Sequence record: MZ234025.1
Source: Escherichia phage vB_EcoM-172859UKE1
Strand: one strand, 5' to 3'
DNA length: 64,000 nt
Shown piece after piece: positions 46,476-56,229 of this stretch. The translations under genes and the position numbers were made by a program. Every line of letters begins with the position of its first letter. Position 1 is the first letter of the stretch. The notes under the pieces were generated by a model. It was not told the DNA's origin, searched no databases, and saw only the letters and a program-made list of their open reading frames with translations.

Positions 46476-47050
46476 TATGCAATCTCCATCTCACGAATCA
46501 AATCTGTGATAAACGAGTTTATATCTTCTTTTGCAACAATTTTTATTTTACGAAGTTTTTCATTATCTAATACTGCCGCTTCATAAGTATCTACCGCAGC
46601 TAAAGGTCCTTTATATTGCGGATACTTACGAGCTTCATCACCTTTATCGTACCACACTAAAGGCTCATCCGGATATGAAACCAAATTGTAAAATTTCTCA
46701 CGGTTCTCGTTAATATGATAAAGAATTTGGTCGCCGCCTGCATTAGCATATTTCTGAATAGAAGCTTGATACGCTGCTTCCTGAGATGTAATCCAACCAT
46801 AATACGGGTCGTAGTTGTCATTACACATCAAAAGGACCCAGTATAATTGAGGGTTGCCATAAATGATATTCGCTAGTTCTTCAGGACGCGGAGAGCCTTT
46901 AATATAATAAGAACGTAATCTATAATTGGCAGCAACACGCTTAAAGTACTCTTTATAGTTACGAAATATGTCTGTCATAGGAATAGTAGGTGCATTCTTA
47001 TCAACTGTTTTAGCACTATATCCTATTGGGTCGAAGAATGTAAATAACAA
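46475..47050 (-). CDS. 53: baseplate wedge protein gp53
   Basis: 191 aa, MLFTFFDP.. as recalled for T4 gp53; first codon is TTG with AAGGAG SD 8 nt upstream. Confidence 0.8.
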   Translation of the reverse strand: MLFTFFDPIGYSAKTVDKNAPTIPMTDIFRNYKEYFKRVAANYRLRSYYIKGSPRPEELANIIYGNPQLYWVLLMCNDNYDPYYGWITSQEAAYQASIQKYANAGGDQILYHINENREKFYNLVSYPDEPLVWYDKGDEARKYPQYKGPLAAVDTYEAAVLDNEKLRKIKIVAKEDINSFITDLIREMEIA

Positions 47051-47077
47051 GATAGTCTCCTTCCAATATGAAATTGG

Positions 47078-47085
47078 TATAAATA
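47078..47085 (+). promoter_or_regulatory. late promoter TATAAATA for gene 4
   Basis: Exact octamer 26 nt upstream of gp4 ATG. Confidence 0.65.
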
Positions 47086-47092
47086 ATAATAC

Positions 47093-47100
47093 TATTTATA
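47093..47100 (-). promoter_or_regulatory. late promoter TATAAATA (minus strand) for gene 53
   Basis: TATTTATA on plus strand upstream of gp53 start; divergent pair with the gene 4 promoter. Confidence 0.6.
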
Positions 47101-47111
47101 AGGAGGACAAC

Positions 47112-47561
47112 ATGGCCTACTCTGGTAAATGGGTCCCAAAAAATTTAAAAAAATACCGTGGAGACCATACCAAAATAACGTATCGTTCAAACTGGGAAAA
47201 ATTCTTTTTCGAATGGTTGGATAAAAATCCAGAAATTATTGCATGGGGTAGTGAAACAGCAGTAATTCCATATTTTTGTAATGCTGAAGGTAAGAAACGT
47301 CGATACTATATGGACATATGGATGAAAGATGCATCAGGTCAAGAGTTCTTTGTAGAAATAAAACCAAAGAAAGAAACTCAGCCACCTATTAAGCCTGCAA
47401 ATCTTACTACCGCAGCAAAGAAACGTTATATGAATGAAATATATACCTGGTCTGTGAACTGCGACAAATGGAAAGCTGCCTCAGCTGTTGCTGAAAAGAG
47501 AAATATAAAATTTCGAGTTCTAACCGAAGATGGTCTTAGAAAACTCGGATACAAGGGGTAA
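47112..47561 (+). CDS. 4: head completion protein gp4
   Basis: 149 aa from [11 protein letters not shown].. (T4 gp4 150 aa); SD AGGAGG. Confidence 0.8.
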   Translation: MAYSGKWVPKNLKKYRGDHTKITYRSNWEKFFFEWLDKNPEIIAWGSETAVIPYFCNAEGKKRRYYMDIWMKDASGQEFFVEIKPKKETQPPIKPANLTTAAKKRYMNEIYTWSVNCDKWKAASAVAEKRNIKFRVLTEDGLRKLGYKG

Positions 47562-47563
47562 TT

Positions 47564-48385
47564 ATGAGCATATTCCAAATTATATCTGAAGGCGTACAAG
47601 CCCCTAAGATTGCTCAGTCTATGAATGAAAGAAAATGGATTGAGATAGGATTAGAATACAAGAAAGCTAAAGAGAAAGGAATCACTGCAAAAGCATTTGC
47701 AGAATCAAAAGGAATAAAATACTCGTCGTTTACATCTGCAATGTCTAGATATGCATCATCTATTAAAACTGCACAGAAAATTGAAACGCTTGAATCTAAA
47801 CCTAAAAATAAACTCAATAAGCAAGAACGTCAACTTCTGATGATAAACTCGTTTCGCAGTTCAATACGAGAAAAGATTAGAAATGAAGGCGCAGCAGTAA
47901 ACAATAAATCATCTAAGTGGTTTGTTGAAACAATTAAGAAAAGTGTAAAAGGTCATAAAGTAGTCAAGCCTACGCCAGGCAAAATTTATACTTACGTGTA
48001 TGATGCTAAACATAAAGATACTCTGCCGTATTGGGACAGATATCCTTTGATTATTTATTTAGGATTAGGTAAACATAATTTGATGTATGGGTTAAACTTG
48101 CACTATATCCCACCTAAAGCACGACAACAGTTTCTTGAAGAATTGCTGAAGCAATATGCTAGCACAACCACTATTACTAATAACACAAAGTTGAAGATAG
48201 ACTGGAGCAAGGTGAAAGGATTTCAAGGTGCTGACAAAATGATTAAAGCATACCTGCCAGGCCACATTAGAGGAACAATAACAGAAATAGCTCCTAAAGA
48301 CTGGGCTAACATAATCATGTTACCTACTCAGCAGTTTATGTCAAAAGGAAAACGTTTCTCTGCGAATACTGTTTGGAAATCTTAA
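47564..48385 (+). CDS. 2: DNA end protector protein gp2
   Basis: 273 aa (T4 274); synteny 4-2-3-1. Confidence 0.8.
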   Translation: MSIFQIISEGVQAPKIAQSMNERKWIEIGLEYKKAKEKGITAKAFAESKGIKYSSFTSAMSRYASSIKTAQKIETLESKPKNKLNKQERQLLMINSFRSSIREKIRNEGAAVNNKSSKWFVETIKKSVKGHKVVKPTPGKIYTYVYDAKHKDTLPYWDRYPLIIYLGLGKHNLMYGLNLHYIPPKARQQFLEELLKQYASTTTITNNTKLKIDWSKVKGFQGADKMIKAYLPGHIRGTITEIAPKDWANIIMLPTQQFMSKGKRFSANTVWKS

Positions 48386-48487
48386 TTCTATTCTCTTCCG
48401 TTCTTCTGATATTCTGTTGAACCGGATTAATGGAAGAGACCTAAAACCATTATACTGCATTTTTATTAAAGCGTTTTTGAGGTGCTT

Positions 48488-49072
48488 ATGACTCGTCCAG
48501 CGAGACAGATTTTTAACCAAACAAATATAACAAACTTTGTTGTGGATATCCCAGATAGTACACGAACTTCAGGTTTTGTGCTCAATGCCCAAACGGCTCC
48601 ATTGCCAGGTGTGAGAATTCCTGTTGTTGAAACTGTGACAGGCACGATGGGGTTAGGACGTGCAATGCGCGCAGGCACTACATTTGAATATGACCCTTTT
48701 ATTGTACGCTTTATAGTTGATGAAGACATGACGTCCTGGATGAACATGTATAAATGGATGCTCAGCACTAATAACTATATAACCGGTCATAATACAGCCC
48801 ACTCCGATGGTCCTGAGTTTGTTACTTTGCACATTTTAAACAACAATAAGACTGAAGTAGTTTTGACGGCGAATTTCTATAAACCATGGATTTCTGATTT
48901 GAGTGAAATTGAATTTAGTTACACTGAAGACTCTGACCCTGCCGTTACGTGCGTAGCAACTATTCACTATGCGTATATGACGATAGAAAAAGATGGTGAA
49001 GTCATTGTATCTCAACAACCACGTCAAACGGTCGAATCTAAATCCATTTCTAGACACCCTTCCTTGCGTTAA
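48488..49072 (+). CDS. 3: tail completion / sheath stabilizer gp3
   Basis: ATG 48488 with GAGGTG SD (track starts at GTG 48482). Confidence 0.75.
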   Translation: MTRPARQIFNQTNITNFVVDIPDSTRTSGFVLNAQTAPLPGVRIPVVETVTGTMGLGRAMRAGTTFEYDPFIVRFIVDEDMTSWMNMYKWMLSTNNYITGHNTAHSDGPEFVTLHILNNNKTEVVLTANFYKPWISDLSEIEFSYTEDSDPAVTCVATIHYAYMTIEKDGEVIVSQQPRQTVESKSISRHPSLR

Positions 49073-49125
49073 TCGCTTCTAGCTCCGTATGTTATAATCA
49101 CTCATAAATTATATGAGGAAAACCT

Positions 49126-49860
49126 ATGGAGCTAATCTTTTTAAGTGGCATCAAACGTAGTGGCAAAGATACTACTGCTGATTACATCAATTCAAACTTT
49201 AAATCCGTAAAATACCAATTGGCATATCCGATTAAAGACGCTCTAGCAATAGCCTGGGGGCGTAAACATGCTGAAAACCCTGATGTATTCACCGAGTTGA
49301 AATACGAATACTTTGAAGGCATTGGATACGACCGTGAAACACCATTAAATCTCAATAAGTTGGATGTTATTGAATTATTGGAAGAAGCGCTAATTTATTT
49401 GCAAAGTCAATATTTACCGATTAATAATGTTAAAGTATTATCATCGTTAGAAGGTGGATATTCGTATCTAGATATTAAACCATATGAAGCCCTGCGTGAA
49501 GCTATAAATAATATCAACGACACATGGTCAATCCGCCGTCTTATGCAAGCCCTCGGTACGGATGTTGTCGTTAATTTATTTGACCGTATGTATTGGGTTA
49601 AGCTTTTTGCATTAAACTATATGGATTATATTGGAAGTGATTTCGATTACTATGTTGTAACCGATACACGTCAAGTCCATGAAATGGAAACCGCTAGAGC
49701 GATGGGTGCTACAGTTATTCATGTGGTTCGCTCTGGTACGGAATCCACCGATAAACATATTACAGAAGCTGGGTTGCCTATTGAAGAAGGCGATTTAGTT
49801 ATTACAAACGACGGCTCTTTAGAAGAGCTTTATTCTAAAATTGAAACAATCTTAAGGTAA
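49126..49860 (+). CDS. 1: deoxynucleoside monophosphate kinase gp1
   Basis: 244 aa (T4 241); P-loop GIKRSGKDT at N-terminus. Confidence 0.85.
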   Translation: MELIFLSGIKRSGKDTTADYINSNFKSVKYQLAYPIKDALAIAWGRKHAENPDVFTELKYEYFEGIGYDRETPLNLNKLDVIELLEEALIYLQSQYLPINNVKVLSSLEGGYSYLDIKPYEALREAINNINDTWSIRRLMQALGTDVVVNLFDRMYWVKLFALNYMDYIGSDFDYYVVTDTRQVHEMETARAMGATVIHVVRSGTESTDKHITEAGLPIEEGDLVITNDGSLEELYSKIETILR

Positions 49861-49864
49861 TAAA

Positions 49865-50550
<686 letters not shown>

Positions 50551-50563
50551 TTTTCACAAAACA

Positions 50564-50594
50564 GTTTACATAAGGATGATGGTGTGTTACTATC
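50564..50594 (+). promoter_or_regulatory. T4-type early promoter cassette with inverted repeat (GATGAT/ATCATC)
   Basis: AAAACAGTTTACA -35 region, -10 GTTACTAT. Confidence 0.6.
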
Positions 50595-50627
50595 ATCCTA
50601 TCAAATAAACAACCTCAAGGAAATAAA

Positions 50628-50915
50628 ATGAAAACTTATCAAGAGTTTATATCACCTATTGCTAACGTTTCTACTCTGACCGAAGCAACCCTTACTTCCG
50701 AAGTTATTAAAGCAAATAAAGGACGTGAGGGTAAACCAATGATTAGTCTGGCTGACGGCGAAGAAGTAAAAGGTACTGTTTACTTAGGGGATGGATGGTC
50801 TGCTAAGAAAGACGGCGCTACTATTGTTATCTCTCCGGCTGAAGAGACCGCACTGTTTAAAGCTAAGCATATTTCTGTAGCTCAGCTTAAAATTATTGCA
50901 AAAACTCTTCTGTAA
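50628..50915 (+). CDS. internal-protein-like protein with capsid targeting sequence (MKTYQEFISP..)
   Basis: 95 aa; N-terminal MKTYQEF matches the T4 IPI/IPII/IPIII capsid targeting sequence; occupies the ipI position next to 57B. Confidence 0.6.
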   Translation: MKTYQEFISPIANVSTLTEATLTSEVIKANKGREGKPMISLADGEEVKGTVYLGDGWSAKKDGATIVISPAEETALFKAKHISVAQLKIIAKTLL

Positions 50916-50918
50916 GTA

Positions 50919-50948
50919 GTTTACACGCTGATAGGACTATGTTATAGT
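50919..50948 (+). promoter_or_regulatory. T4-type early promoter cassette with inverted repeat (GGACTA/TAGTCC)
   Basis: GTTTAC 50919-50924, TATAGT 50943-50948. Confidence 0.6.
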
Positions 50949-50952
50949 AGTC

Positions 50953-50988
50953 CTATCAAAACAAATGAGTAAATGGAGAAATAAAATG
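50953..50988 (+). repeat. conserved 5'UTR cassette copy (CTATCAAAACAAATGAGTAAATGGAGAAATAAAATG)
   Basis: Nearly identical to 59056..59092. Confidence 0.7.
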
Positions 50989-51171
50989 AAACGCGCTGAA
51001 CTGATTCGTAATGTTGCTGTAGTAATTGCTTCAATGGCTTTTAGTTTTTCGATGTTTGTAGGATTCATTTGTGGACTACTGACAACAACTGAAAACTCTA
51101 ACTCATTGGTAGTAGCATTTCTAATCGGCTTAATCGCTATCGTTATGGATAAAATTGCAAAAGGTGAGTAA
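50986..51171 (+). CDS. small hydrophobic (2-TM) protein, 61 aa
   Basis: ATG 50986 downstream of early promoter; two hydrophobic stretches. Confidence 0.5.
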   Translation: MKRAELIRNVAVVIASMAFSFSMFVGFICGLLTTTENSNSLVVAFLIGLIAIVMDKIAKGE

Positions 51172-51172
51172 A

Positions 51173-51535
51173 ATGAAATATCACGTATATGCGGATTTTG
51201 AAGCAAATCCTTCTAAAGACCCTGATTGTCGTTTGATACGCAGACCATTTGATTCGGCAGCTCAAGCATGGGCTTGGATTAAAACTTGTACTCCTTCTTA
51301 CATTTTCTTTGAAGTGGTAGACGATAACGGTGTTCTGCATCCAGAACCCACAGAAACTATTAATTTCCTTCTGTTTGCTGGTTACGACTGTTATCCTCTT
51401 GGCGGTATCGATGATCTTGTTGCTACAGGAAAAACTGTTGAAGCTCTTCGCGAAATTTATAAAAACGCGGAAGAAAATTTTGACTGGTATCATATTGTTG
51501 ATGCTCATACCTTTGAAGTGGTGGAACACTCATGA
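51173..51535 (+). CDS. hypothetical protein (120 aa)
   Basis: ATG 51173 with AAGGTGAG SD; track ORF N-extended. Confidence 0.5.
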   Translation: MKYHVYADFEANPSKDPDCRLIRRPFDSAAQAWAWIKTCTPSYIFFEVVDDNGVLHPEPTETINFLLFAGYDCYPLGGIDDLVATGKTVEALREIYKNAEENFDWYHIVDAHTFEVVEHS

Positions 51536-51822
51536 TTCTTTATGCTAAAGTAAAATCTGTCGAGAATGGATATGAAAGCGATCAACGTGCAGCTAAAGCA
51601 CTAGTCGATGACTACGGTATTCTGACTAACTTTGAGGTTGAAAAGGTTTATATCGACCGTTCATCTTCACAGGTTAAATTACTCTGCGAAGACAATAAAT
51701 TTAACACAGTTAACTTTGATTTCTTTATTGAAACAGAAAAAGGCCCTCTTGAATATGATATTTTCAAGAATCCTTTGAAATTACGTTGCATTGAATATAA
51801 TTACATTAATATGGTACGGTGA
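51532..51822 (+). CDS. hypothetical protein (96 aa)
   Basis: ATGA-coupled ORF. Confidence 0.5.
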   Translation: MILYAKVKSVENGYESDQRAAKALVDDYGILTNFEVEKVYIDRSSSQVKLLCEDNKFNTVNFDFFIETEKGPLEYDIFKNPLKLRCIEYNYINMVR

Positions 51823-51826
51823 GTAA

Positions 51827-52342
51827 ATGAATATTTGTTTAGGCAGTACAATTCCTAAGGGTTACGTAATTGATGTCACTACTTGGGAAAATGACGGCGA
51901 CAACTATAAAACCAAAACATTATTTGGTGTGGAAGAGCATGAGCTCCAACAGTTTAAATATCTCTTGAAGAAATTTAAGAGTCGTCATTCTAGCACTAAA
52001 GCTGAACGTTACTGTGGTAATACACCATTCAGTGATTGCTCGCTTTTAATCTATGAATACTTGGTTGAAGGACTGTTCTCAGACCAGCTTTATCCAGAAT
52101 TCATTAAAAAGGTCTTTGGTATTGAAGTCGACCTTGGTGATAAATCTGAAGAAGACGAAGCCCGCGTATTCGACCTGTTCTTTGTGAAAGGCGATGAGAT
52201 ATCTCAAGGACTTATTGATATTCTTGGCTATGCTTCTGAATACTACGACTATGATTTCTTGCGTGTAGTTGAACGTGTTGAATTCGCTTATATTGAAGAA
52301 GAAATTGTTTTGCCAACTGTTAAAATGATTGATTTGCTTTAA
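51827..52342 (+). CDS. hypothetical protein (171 aa)
   Basis: ORF with GGTGAG SD. Confidence 0.5.
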   Translation: MNICLGSTIPKGYVIDVTTWENDGDNYKTKTLFGVEEHELQQFKYLLKKFKSRHSSTKAERYCGNTPFSDCSLLIYEYLVEGLFSDQLYPEFIKKVFGIEVDLGDKSEEDEARVFDLFFVKGDEISQGLIDILGYASEYYDYDFLRVVERVEFAYIEEEIVLPTVKMIDLL

Positions 52343-52421
52343 GAATTATGTGGTATTATTAATTCATACCCTCTATTACCAAAGGTGCTCTAAAGTGCCT
52401 TTCATAATAGAAAGTTATTTA

Positions 52422-52496
52422 GGCCCTGTAGCTCAATGGGAGAGCTGTCAGCTCATAACTGATAGGTAGCTGGATCGAAACCAGCCAGGGTCACCA
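52422..52496 (+). tRNA. tRNA, anticodon CAU (Met, or Ile if C34 is modified), CCA encoded
   Basis: Manual cloverleaf: acceptor GGCCCTG/CAGGGTC, D-stem GCTC/GAGC, anticodon loop CTCATAA, T-stem GCTGG/CCAGC, 75 nt. Confidence 0.8.
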
Positions 52497-52499
52497 ATC

Positions 52500-52576
<77 letters not shown>

Positions 52577-52594
52577 ACTTTAAGTGAGGAAAAT

Positions 52595-52939
52595 ATGAAA
52601 GGCAATATTTATCTGGTAGTTCATGACTTAACGTTTTATTTTAACGAACGTGAAACAGTTATTTCCGACCGGTTGATTAATTCGTTATATCAACACGCTG
52701 ATTACGTTTATTTCCAAAATGAATTTGGCCATTGGAAGTTTCTTAAAAACCGTTCAGGGTTAACTAGTTTTGAATACTTTGACCGTAAAGACCTTTTAAA
52801 CGAAATTCCATTACAACATCGGTTCCAGAAACGCGAATCACTATACTATTGTCGTCATATACCAAATGCTGAATGTGTTAATGAAGCGATTAATCTATGG
52901 CGGCGGCGTCGAGAGCAAATTGATGATATGCCAAAATAA
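52595..52939 (+). CDS. hypothetical protein (114 aa)
   Basis: ATG 52595 with GAGGAAAA SD just after tRNA-Arg; track ORF overlaps the tRNA and is rejected in favour of this start. Confidence 0.5.
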   Translation: MKGNIYLVVHDLTFYFNERETVISDRLINSLYQHADYVYFQNEFGHWKFLKNRSGLTSFEYFDRKDLLNEIPLQHRFQKRESLYYCRHIPNAECVNEAINLWRRRREQIDDMPK

Positions 52940-53099
52940 GAAGCCGGGTCGCTACCGGCAAGTCGTCGGACTGATGTTCCCTGAGTAAGGACTGGTCTTA
53001 ATAAATCTTTACGATTTGTTAATATCCCCTTACATCACAGCAGAAACGGCGCACCGAATTATCGATTCGAGGAAATATCTTTGCCGTAAGCCGAGTAGC

Positions 53100-53200
53100 G
53101 TTTTTGACGGAACGTTCGGATATGGTCGAGATATGGCCTTTTAAAAATATTGAGTAGCGTCAACTGCTTAATAACCGGGTTCGAATCCCGGCGTTTCGTA
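53100..53200 (+). ncRNA. tRNA-like structured RNA (canonical T-arm CCGGG-TTCGAAT-CCCGG; possible small stable RNA or degenerate tRNA)
   Basis: Perfect T-arm at 53175-53191 with putative acceptor pairing CGGAACG(53108)/CGTTTCG(53192) giving 92 nt, but no convincing D or anticodon arm. Confidence 0.3.
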
Positions 53201-53250
53201 CAAACACTTGCCTTAGCAGGTGGAACCCCGACAAGGTTGCCGCAAGGCTT

Positions 53251-53278
53251 AGCCCCTTCCGAAAGGTCGGGGCTTTTT
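53251..53278 (+). terminator. rho-independent terminator (AGCCCCTTCC-GAAA-GGTCGGGGCT + T5)
   Basis: Stem with GNRA loop plus T-run; same family as 11139 and 53795. Confidence 0.6.
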
Positions 53279-53323
53279 GGCATAATAATAAATAGATAAG
53301 TTAATTAACTTAGGAAAAGCAAC

Positions 53324-53788
53324 ATGAAATCATACGCTGAATTTTTGACTGAACAATCTAGTTCAGATGTAAAAGCCGCTGCGATTGCAGCAATTCAAGC
53401 AGGTAAATATTCTTACAAAGACGCCTCTGATGAAGAACGTTTCCGTTTTATTAGAGATTTTAAAGCCGAAGGTTTTACTAATGCTAATACTGTTAGCCGA
53501 GTTTTTAAAAGCCTAGCTGCATCAGGTGAATTGTTCCAGAAAGCTACAGGTAAAGCACCTGCGCCAAAAACAGACCCTAAAGCAGCTCAAGAAAAAAATA
53601 TCGCCAAAGGAATTATTTCTAAGTATGAAGCAATTCTTAAAGAGCTTTTAGTAATCAAAACAGAAGGCCAGAAACTGGCACGAGCACATAGCTTCAAAGA
53701 TAATCCTCACGCTCATAGCCTTGAGTATGTTGAAGATATCCAAAAACTTATTAAAGACCGTATCTGGTCTGCTAAACAAATTAAATAA
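53324..53788 (+). CDS. internal-protein-like protein with CTS-like N-terminus (MKSYAEFLTEQ..)
   Basis: 154 aa; N-terminus resembles the capsid targeting sequence with an L-x-E site. Confidence 0.5.
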   Translation: MKSYAEFLTEQSSSDVKAAAIAAIQAGKYSYKDASDEERFRFIRDFKAEGFTNANTVSRVFKSLAASGELFQKATGKAPAPKTDPKAAQEKNIAKGIISKYEAILKELLVIKTEGQKLARAHSFKDNPHAHSLEYVEDIQKLIKDRIWSAKQIK

Positions 53789-53794
53789 TAGAAT

Positions 53795-53823
53795 GCCCCT
53801 TCCTTATGGTTGGGGCCTTTTGG
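53795..53823 (+). terminator. rho-independent terminator (GCCCCTTCC..GGTTGGGGC + TTTTGG)
   Basis: Hairpin plus T-run after the 53324 gene. Confidence 0.55.
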
Positions 53824-53854
53824 TATCTAGGGCATAAAAATATTTCATAAAGAT

Positions 53855-53883
53855 GTTTACTTCTTCTAAGGACATGATACTAT
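53855..53883 (+). promoter_or_regulatory. T4-type early promoter cassette
   Basis: GTTTAC 53855-53860, TACTAT 53878-53883 (17-nt spacer). Confidence 0.6.
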
Positions 53884-53911
53884 AGACTTATCAACCATAG
53901 AGGAAAATGTT

Positions 53912-54415
53912 ATGAGTCTTTACACTGAACTGAATAAAAAATCTGAAGAATCTGCTGAAACTATTTTTAAAAACGTGCAAAAGCGTATTTTGGAAAAGAT
54001 GTATGATGCAGCATCTAAAGGTGAAAAATCTTGCCGGTTTCCGATGAGGTGTTCTTCTGATTTATGCGCAAATACTATTGAATGGCTGGAAAGTGAAGGT
54101 CTTACGGTAGAGAAAAACCCGGCGACTTCTATTGACGGCGAATCATATATTAGTATTTCTTGGGATAAATCAAGGGTAGAAGAGAAAGATGGTGATTGGG
54201 TTGTAGATGTTAAAACTTCTGATGGTGGACGTTCTGTTGAAGTTTCGGCTGTAGTTAAAGGTACCCACGAACAAAGGACTTGGGGTTGGGGTGGTGAAGA
54301 AAAAGAAATTGTTCTTAGTGTGATTGCCAGGTCAACTAGTAATAAAATTGCACAAAGCATCATTGACGCTGCAATTGCTGAAGCAGAAAAAATTTGCAAA
54401 ATTAAAAATAAATGA
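53912..54415 (+). CDS. hypothetical protein (167 aa)
   Basis: ATG with GAGGAAAA SD. Confidence 0.5.
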   Translation: MSLYTELNKKSEESAETIFKNVQKRILEKMYDAASKGEKSCRFPMRCSSDLCANTIEWLESEGLTVEKNPATSIDGESYISISWDKSRVEEKDGDWVVDVKTSDGGRSVEVSAVVKGTHEQRTWGWGGEEKEIVLSVIARSTSNKIAQSIIDAAIAEAEKICKIKNK

Positions 54416-54444
54416 TGTACAAACGCCAAGGATGGTGGTACTAT
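54416..54444 (+). promoter_or_regulatory. early promoter cassette (variant -35 TGTACA)
   Basis: TGTACA 54416-54421, TACTAT 54439-54444. Confidence 0.45.
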
Positions 54445-54480
54445 AGACTTATCAACTACAGAGGAGTAAACAAAATGACT
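54439..54480 (+). repeat. dispersed promoter/5'UTR cassette, copy 2
   Basis: Identical to 18129..18170. Confidence 0.8.
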
Positions 54481-54639
54481 ACTTTAATTATTTGGTTCGA
54501 TGAAAATGAAGAAACATACTGTGTGAATATTGGTGAAAGTCCAATGCCTGAATTTGAATCCTCGGATAAAAACTCTGTTGTATCTTGGGCTGAAGGTTAT
54601 AAAGCAGCTAAAGGTGACGTTGAAATAATTTACATCTAA
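54475..54639 (+). CDS. hypothetical small protein (54 aa)
   Basis: ATG 54475 with GAGGAG SD; track ORF 54412..54639 starts inside the promoter. Confidence 0.45.
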   Translation: MTTLIIWFDENEETYCVNIGESPMPEFESSDKNSVVSWAEGYKAAKGDVEIIYI

Positions 54640-54658
54640 GTAAGTTTATGTTATAGTA
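54628..54658 (+). promoter_or_regulatory. truncated early promoter cassette (ATTTAC ... TATAGT + TAGTCC arm)
   Basis: Contains the 3' half of the GGACTA/TAGTCC cassette only. Confidence 0.4.
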
Positions 54659-54685
54659 GTCCTATCAAATCAAGAGGAAAACAAA

Positions 54686-54913
54686 ATGGCTAAAGTTAGT
54701 ATTGATGTCGTTGATTATGAATACACAGAAGAAGTTATTCGCAACCGCCACCCTGAAGTTCGTATCGATTCAGTCCAAGATTCCAAGTTCTGGACAACTG
54801 AGCTTAATCTGAGTGGTCCTTATGAAGCTGTTAAGAAGTTCATGGTTGAAGAATACTGCGAAGGCATGCACCCCGAAGACGCCAAGTTTTATGTCAATTT
54901 GATTAAAAAATAA
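54686..54913 (+). CDS. hypothetical small protein (75 aa)
   Basis: ATG with GAGGAAAA SD. Confidence 0.5.
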   Translation: MAKVSIDVVDYEYTEEVIRNRHPEVRIDSVQDSKFWTTELNLSGPYEAVKKFMVEEYCEGMHPEDAKFYVNLIKK

Positions 54914-54942
54914 TTTACAAACTCTTGAGAGCAGAGTATAAT
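54913..54942 (+). promoter_or_regulatory. early promoter (ATTTAC-N18-TATAAT) with inverted repeat GAGAGC/GCTCTC around -10
   Basis: Read directly. Confidence 0.55.
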
Positions 54943-54983
54943 GCTCTCGTTGGATAATAAACCACCAATTGAAAGGTAATAAT

Positions 54984-55577
54984 ATGAACACACTGAAGAA
55001 ACTTGTTGAATTCATCCGCACTAAACTTGGTACTGCTATGGCTAAAAATCTGACTGTCGAAGAACAGTATAACGCAGCTGCAGATAAGTTGATTACCCAA
55101 ATCAAAGAACTAAAAACGGCTTCTGTTAAATCTATTAATGAAGAAAAACGTATTCGCGAACTTGTTAATGAAAAGAACAAACAAGCCGCTTCTAAGGAAC
55201 GTGAAATTCGTAAGCTCTTGGCTGAAGGACAAGATGTTACCATGCATGCTAAGCTTGGTCTTCTGTATCGTCGAACTGCCGAACAACTTAATACAAAAGC
55301 TGACGGGTATGCCGCTATGCGAATTGAAATTGCTCGTAAGGTGGTTGAACTTGATGATGCTCGTCAGAATCTGGCAATCAAACTCGAATACATTCGTGAA
55401 ACTCGAGCAGCCAACGCCCTTGGTATCTCTACGGCTGATGATGTAATTGAAATCGCTGCACTGACTAAGGTTGATATCGAAGACACTCTGACTCGTGTTG
55501 AAACGTTCAATGGCACTCCAGCCGGCGTCGAAACCACTTCTGCTGATGTACAAGAATATATTAACTCTTTGAAATAA
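54984..55577 (+). CDS. coiled-coil protein (197 aa), first gene of an early operon of unknowns
   Basis: ATG 54984 with GAAAGG SD; Lys/Glu/Ala-rich heptad-like composition. Confidence 0.55.
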   Translation: MNTLKKLVEFIRTKLGTAMAKNLTVEEQYNAAADKLITQIKELKTASVKSINEEKRIRELVNEKNKQAASKEREIRKLLAEGQDVTMHAKLGLLYRRTAEQLNTKADGYAAMRIEIARKVVELDDARQNLAIKLEYIRETRAANALGISTADDVIEIAALTKVDIEDTLTRVETFNGTPAGVETTSADVQEYINSLK

Positions 55578-55586
55578 AATAATACG

Positions 55587-55608
55587 GAGGACTCCGGTCC
55601 TCCTTTTG
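55587..55608 (+). terminator. hairpin (GGAGGAC-TCCG-GTCCTCC) + TTTT, probably an attenuating terminator
   Basis: Perfect 7-bp stem followed by short T-run; next gene starts 19 nt later. Confidence 0.45.
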
Positions 55609-55626
55609 GATAATAAAGGAGTTAAC

Positions 55627-56229
55627 ATGCGAAACCAAAATAATGATATTGACTCAATGTTCGAAGAGTTCCGAGATAAGGTAAATCCACCTACGTCTTT
55701 AGTTGATTCATTACGATATGTTGCAACCGGACGTAAATGGTACTGGTCGTCTTCTTATGAGACTACTGAGAAAACGGCTAGCCATAGCAGAAAATCTTTA
55801 TTAGCCCCAGGTATTATGATTCATGATATCGGAGCTATTGCTAAACTAGTTGCAGACCATGATATTAGATTCACTGATTTCGTTGCTCCTACATGGTCTG
55901 TTTGTTGTTTAAACACTGAATTGGAATATATCAGCGAACGCTCTGAAGATTATTATGGTTTTAGAGATAAGCTTCTGAGGTCTAATATGTTTTATATCGA
56001 TACAGAAGTTCTAGTCGATAATAAAAAATATTACTTTACGTTAATCATCGATTCTGAAACTATGTATGAAGGCAAGCCTTTGCTTAAAAGAGTTGATGCT
56101 TTAAGTGCTATTGATGCGCTTTATGAAACTATGGTTGTTAGTCCTAATTTCACTAACAATTTAATCCTTGAGCAATTTATTATGGAATGTAGAGAATATG
56201 TCAAAGCCAACCCTGTACATGCCAATTAA
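55627..56229 (+). CDS. hypothetical protein (200 aa) with junction motif FIMECR near the C-terminus
   Basis: ATG 55627 with AAAGGAG SD. Confidence 0.55.
   Translation: MRNQNNDIDSMFEEFRDKVNPPTSLVDSLRYVATGRKWYWSSSYETTEKTASHSRKSLLAPGIMIHDIGAIAKLVADHDIRFTDFVAPTWSVCCLNTELEYISERSEDYYGFRDKLLRSNMFYIDTEVLVDNKKYYFTLIIDSETMYEGKPLLKRVDALSAIDALYETMVVSPNFTNNLILEQFIMECREYVKANPVHAN

Noticed and set aside
53108-53199. A complete 92-nt class-II tRNA (acceptor CGGAACG/CGTTTCG plus perfect T-arm)
   Set aside because: Could not form acceptable D-stem or anticodon stem by hand; kept only as a low-confidence tRNA-like ncRNA.
53059-53283. Minus-strand ORF of 74 aa
   Set aside because: Lies within the structured RNA / terminator region, has no RBS or promoter context and is antisense to the local transcription direction; likely spurious.
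54412-54639. Track ORF start at 54412 (and similar N-extended starts at 132, 2471, 48482, 51155, 52547, 54969, 55606, 56168, 57773, 61535, 62360)
   Set aside because: These begin at GTG/TTG or at ATGs inside promoter / tRNA sequence; downstream ATGs with proper SD spacing and agreement with T4 N-termini were preferred.
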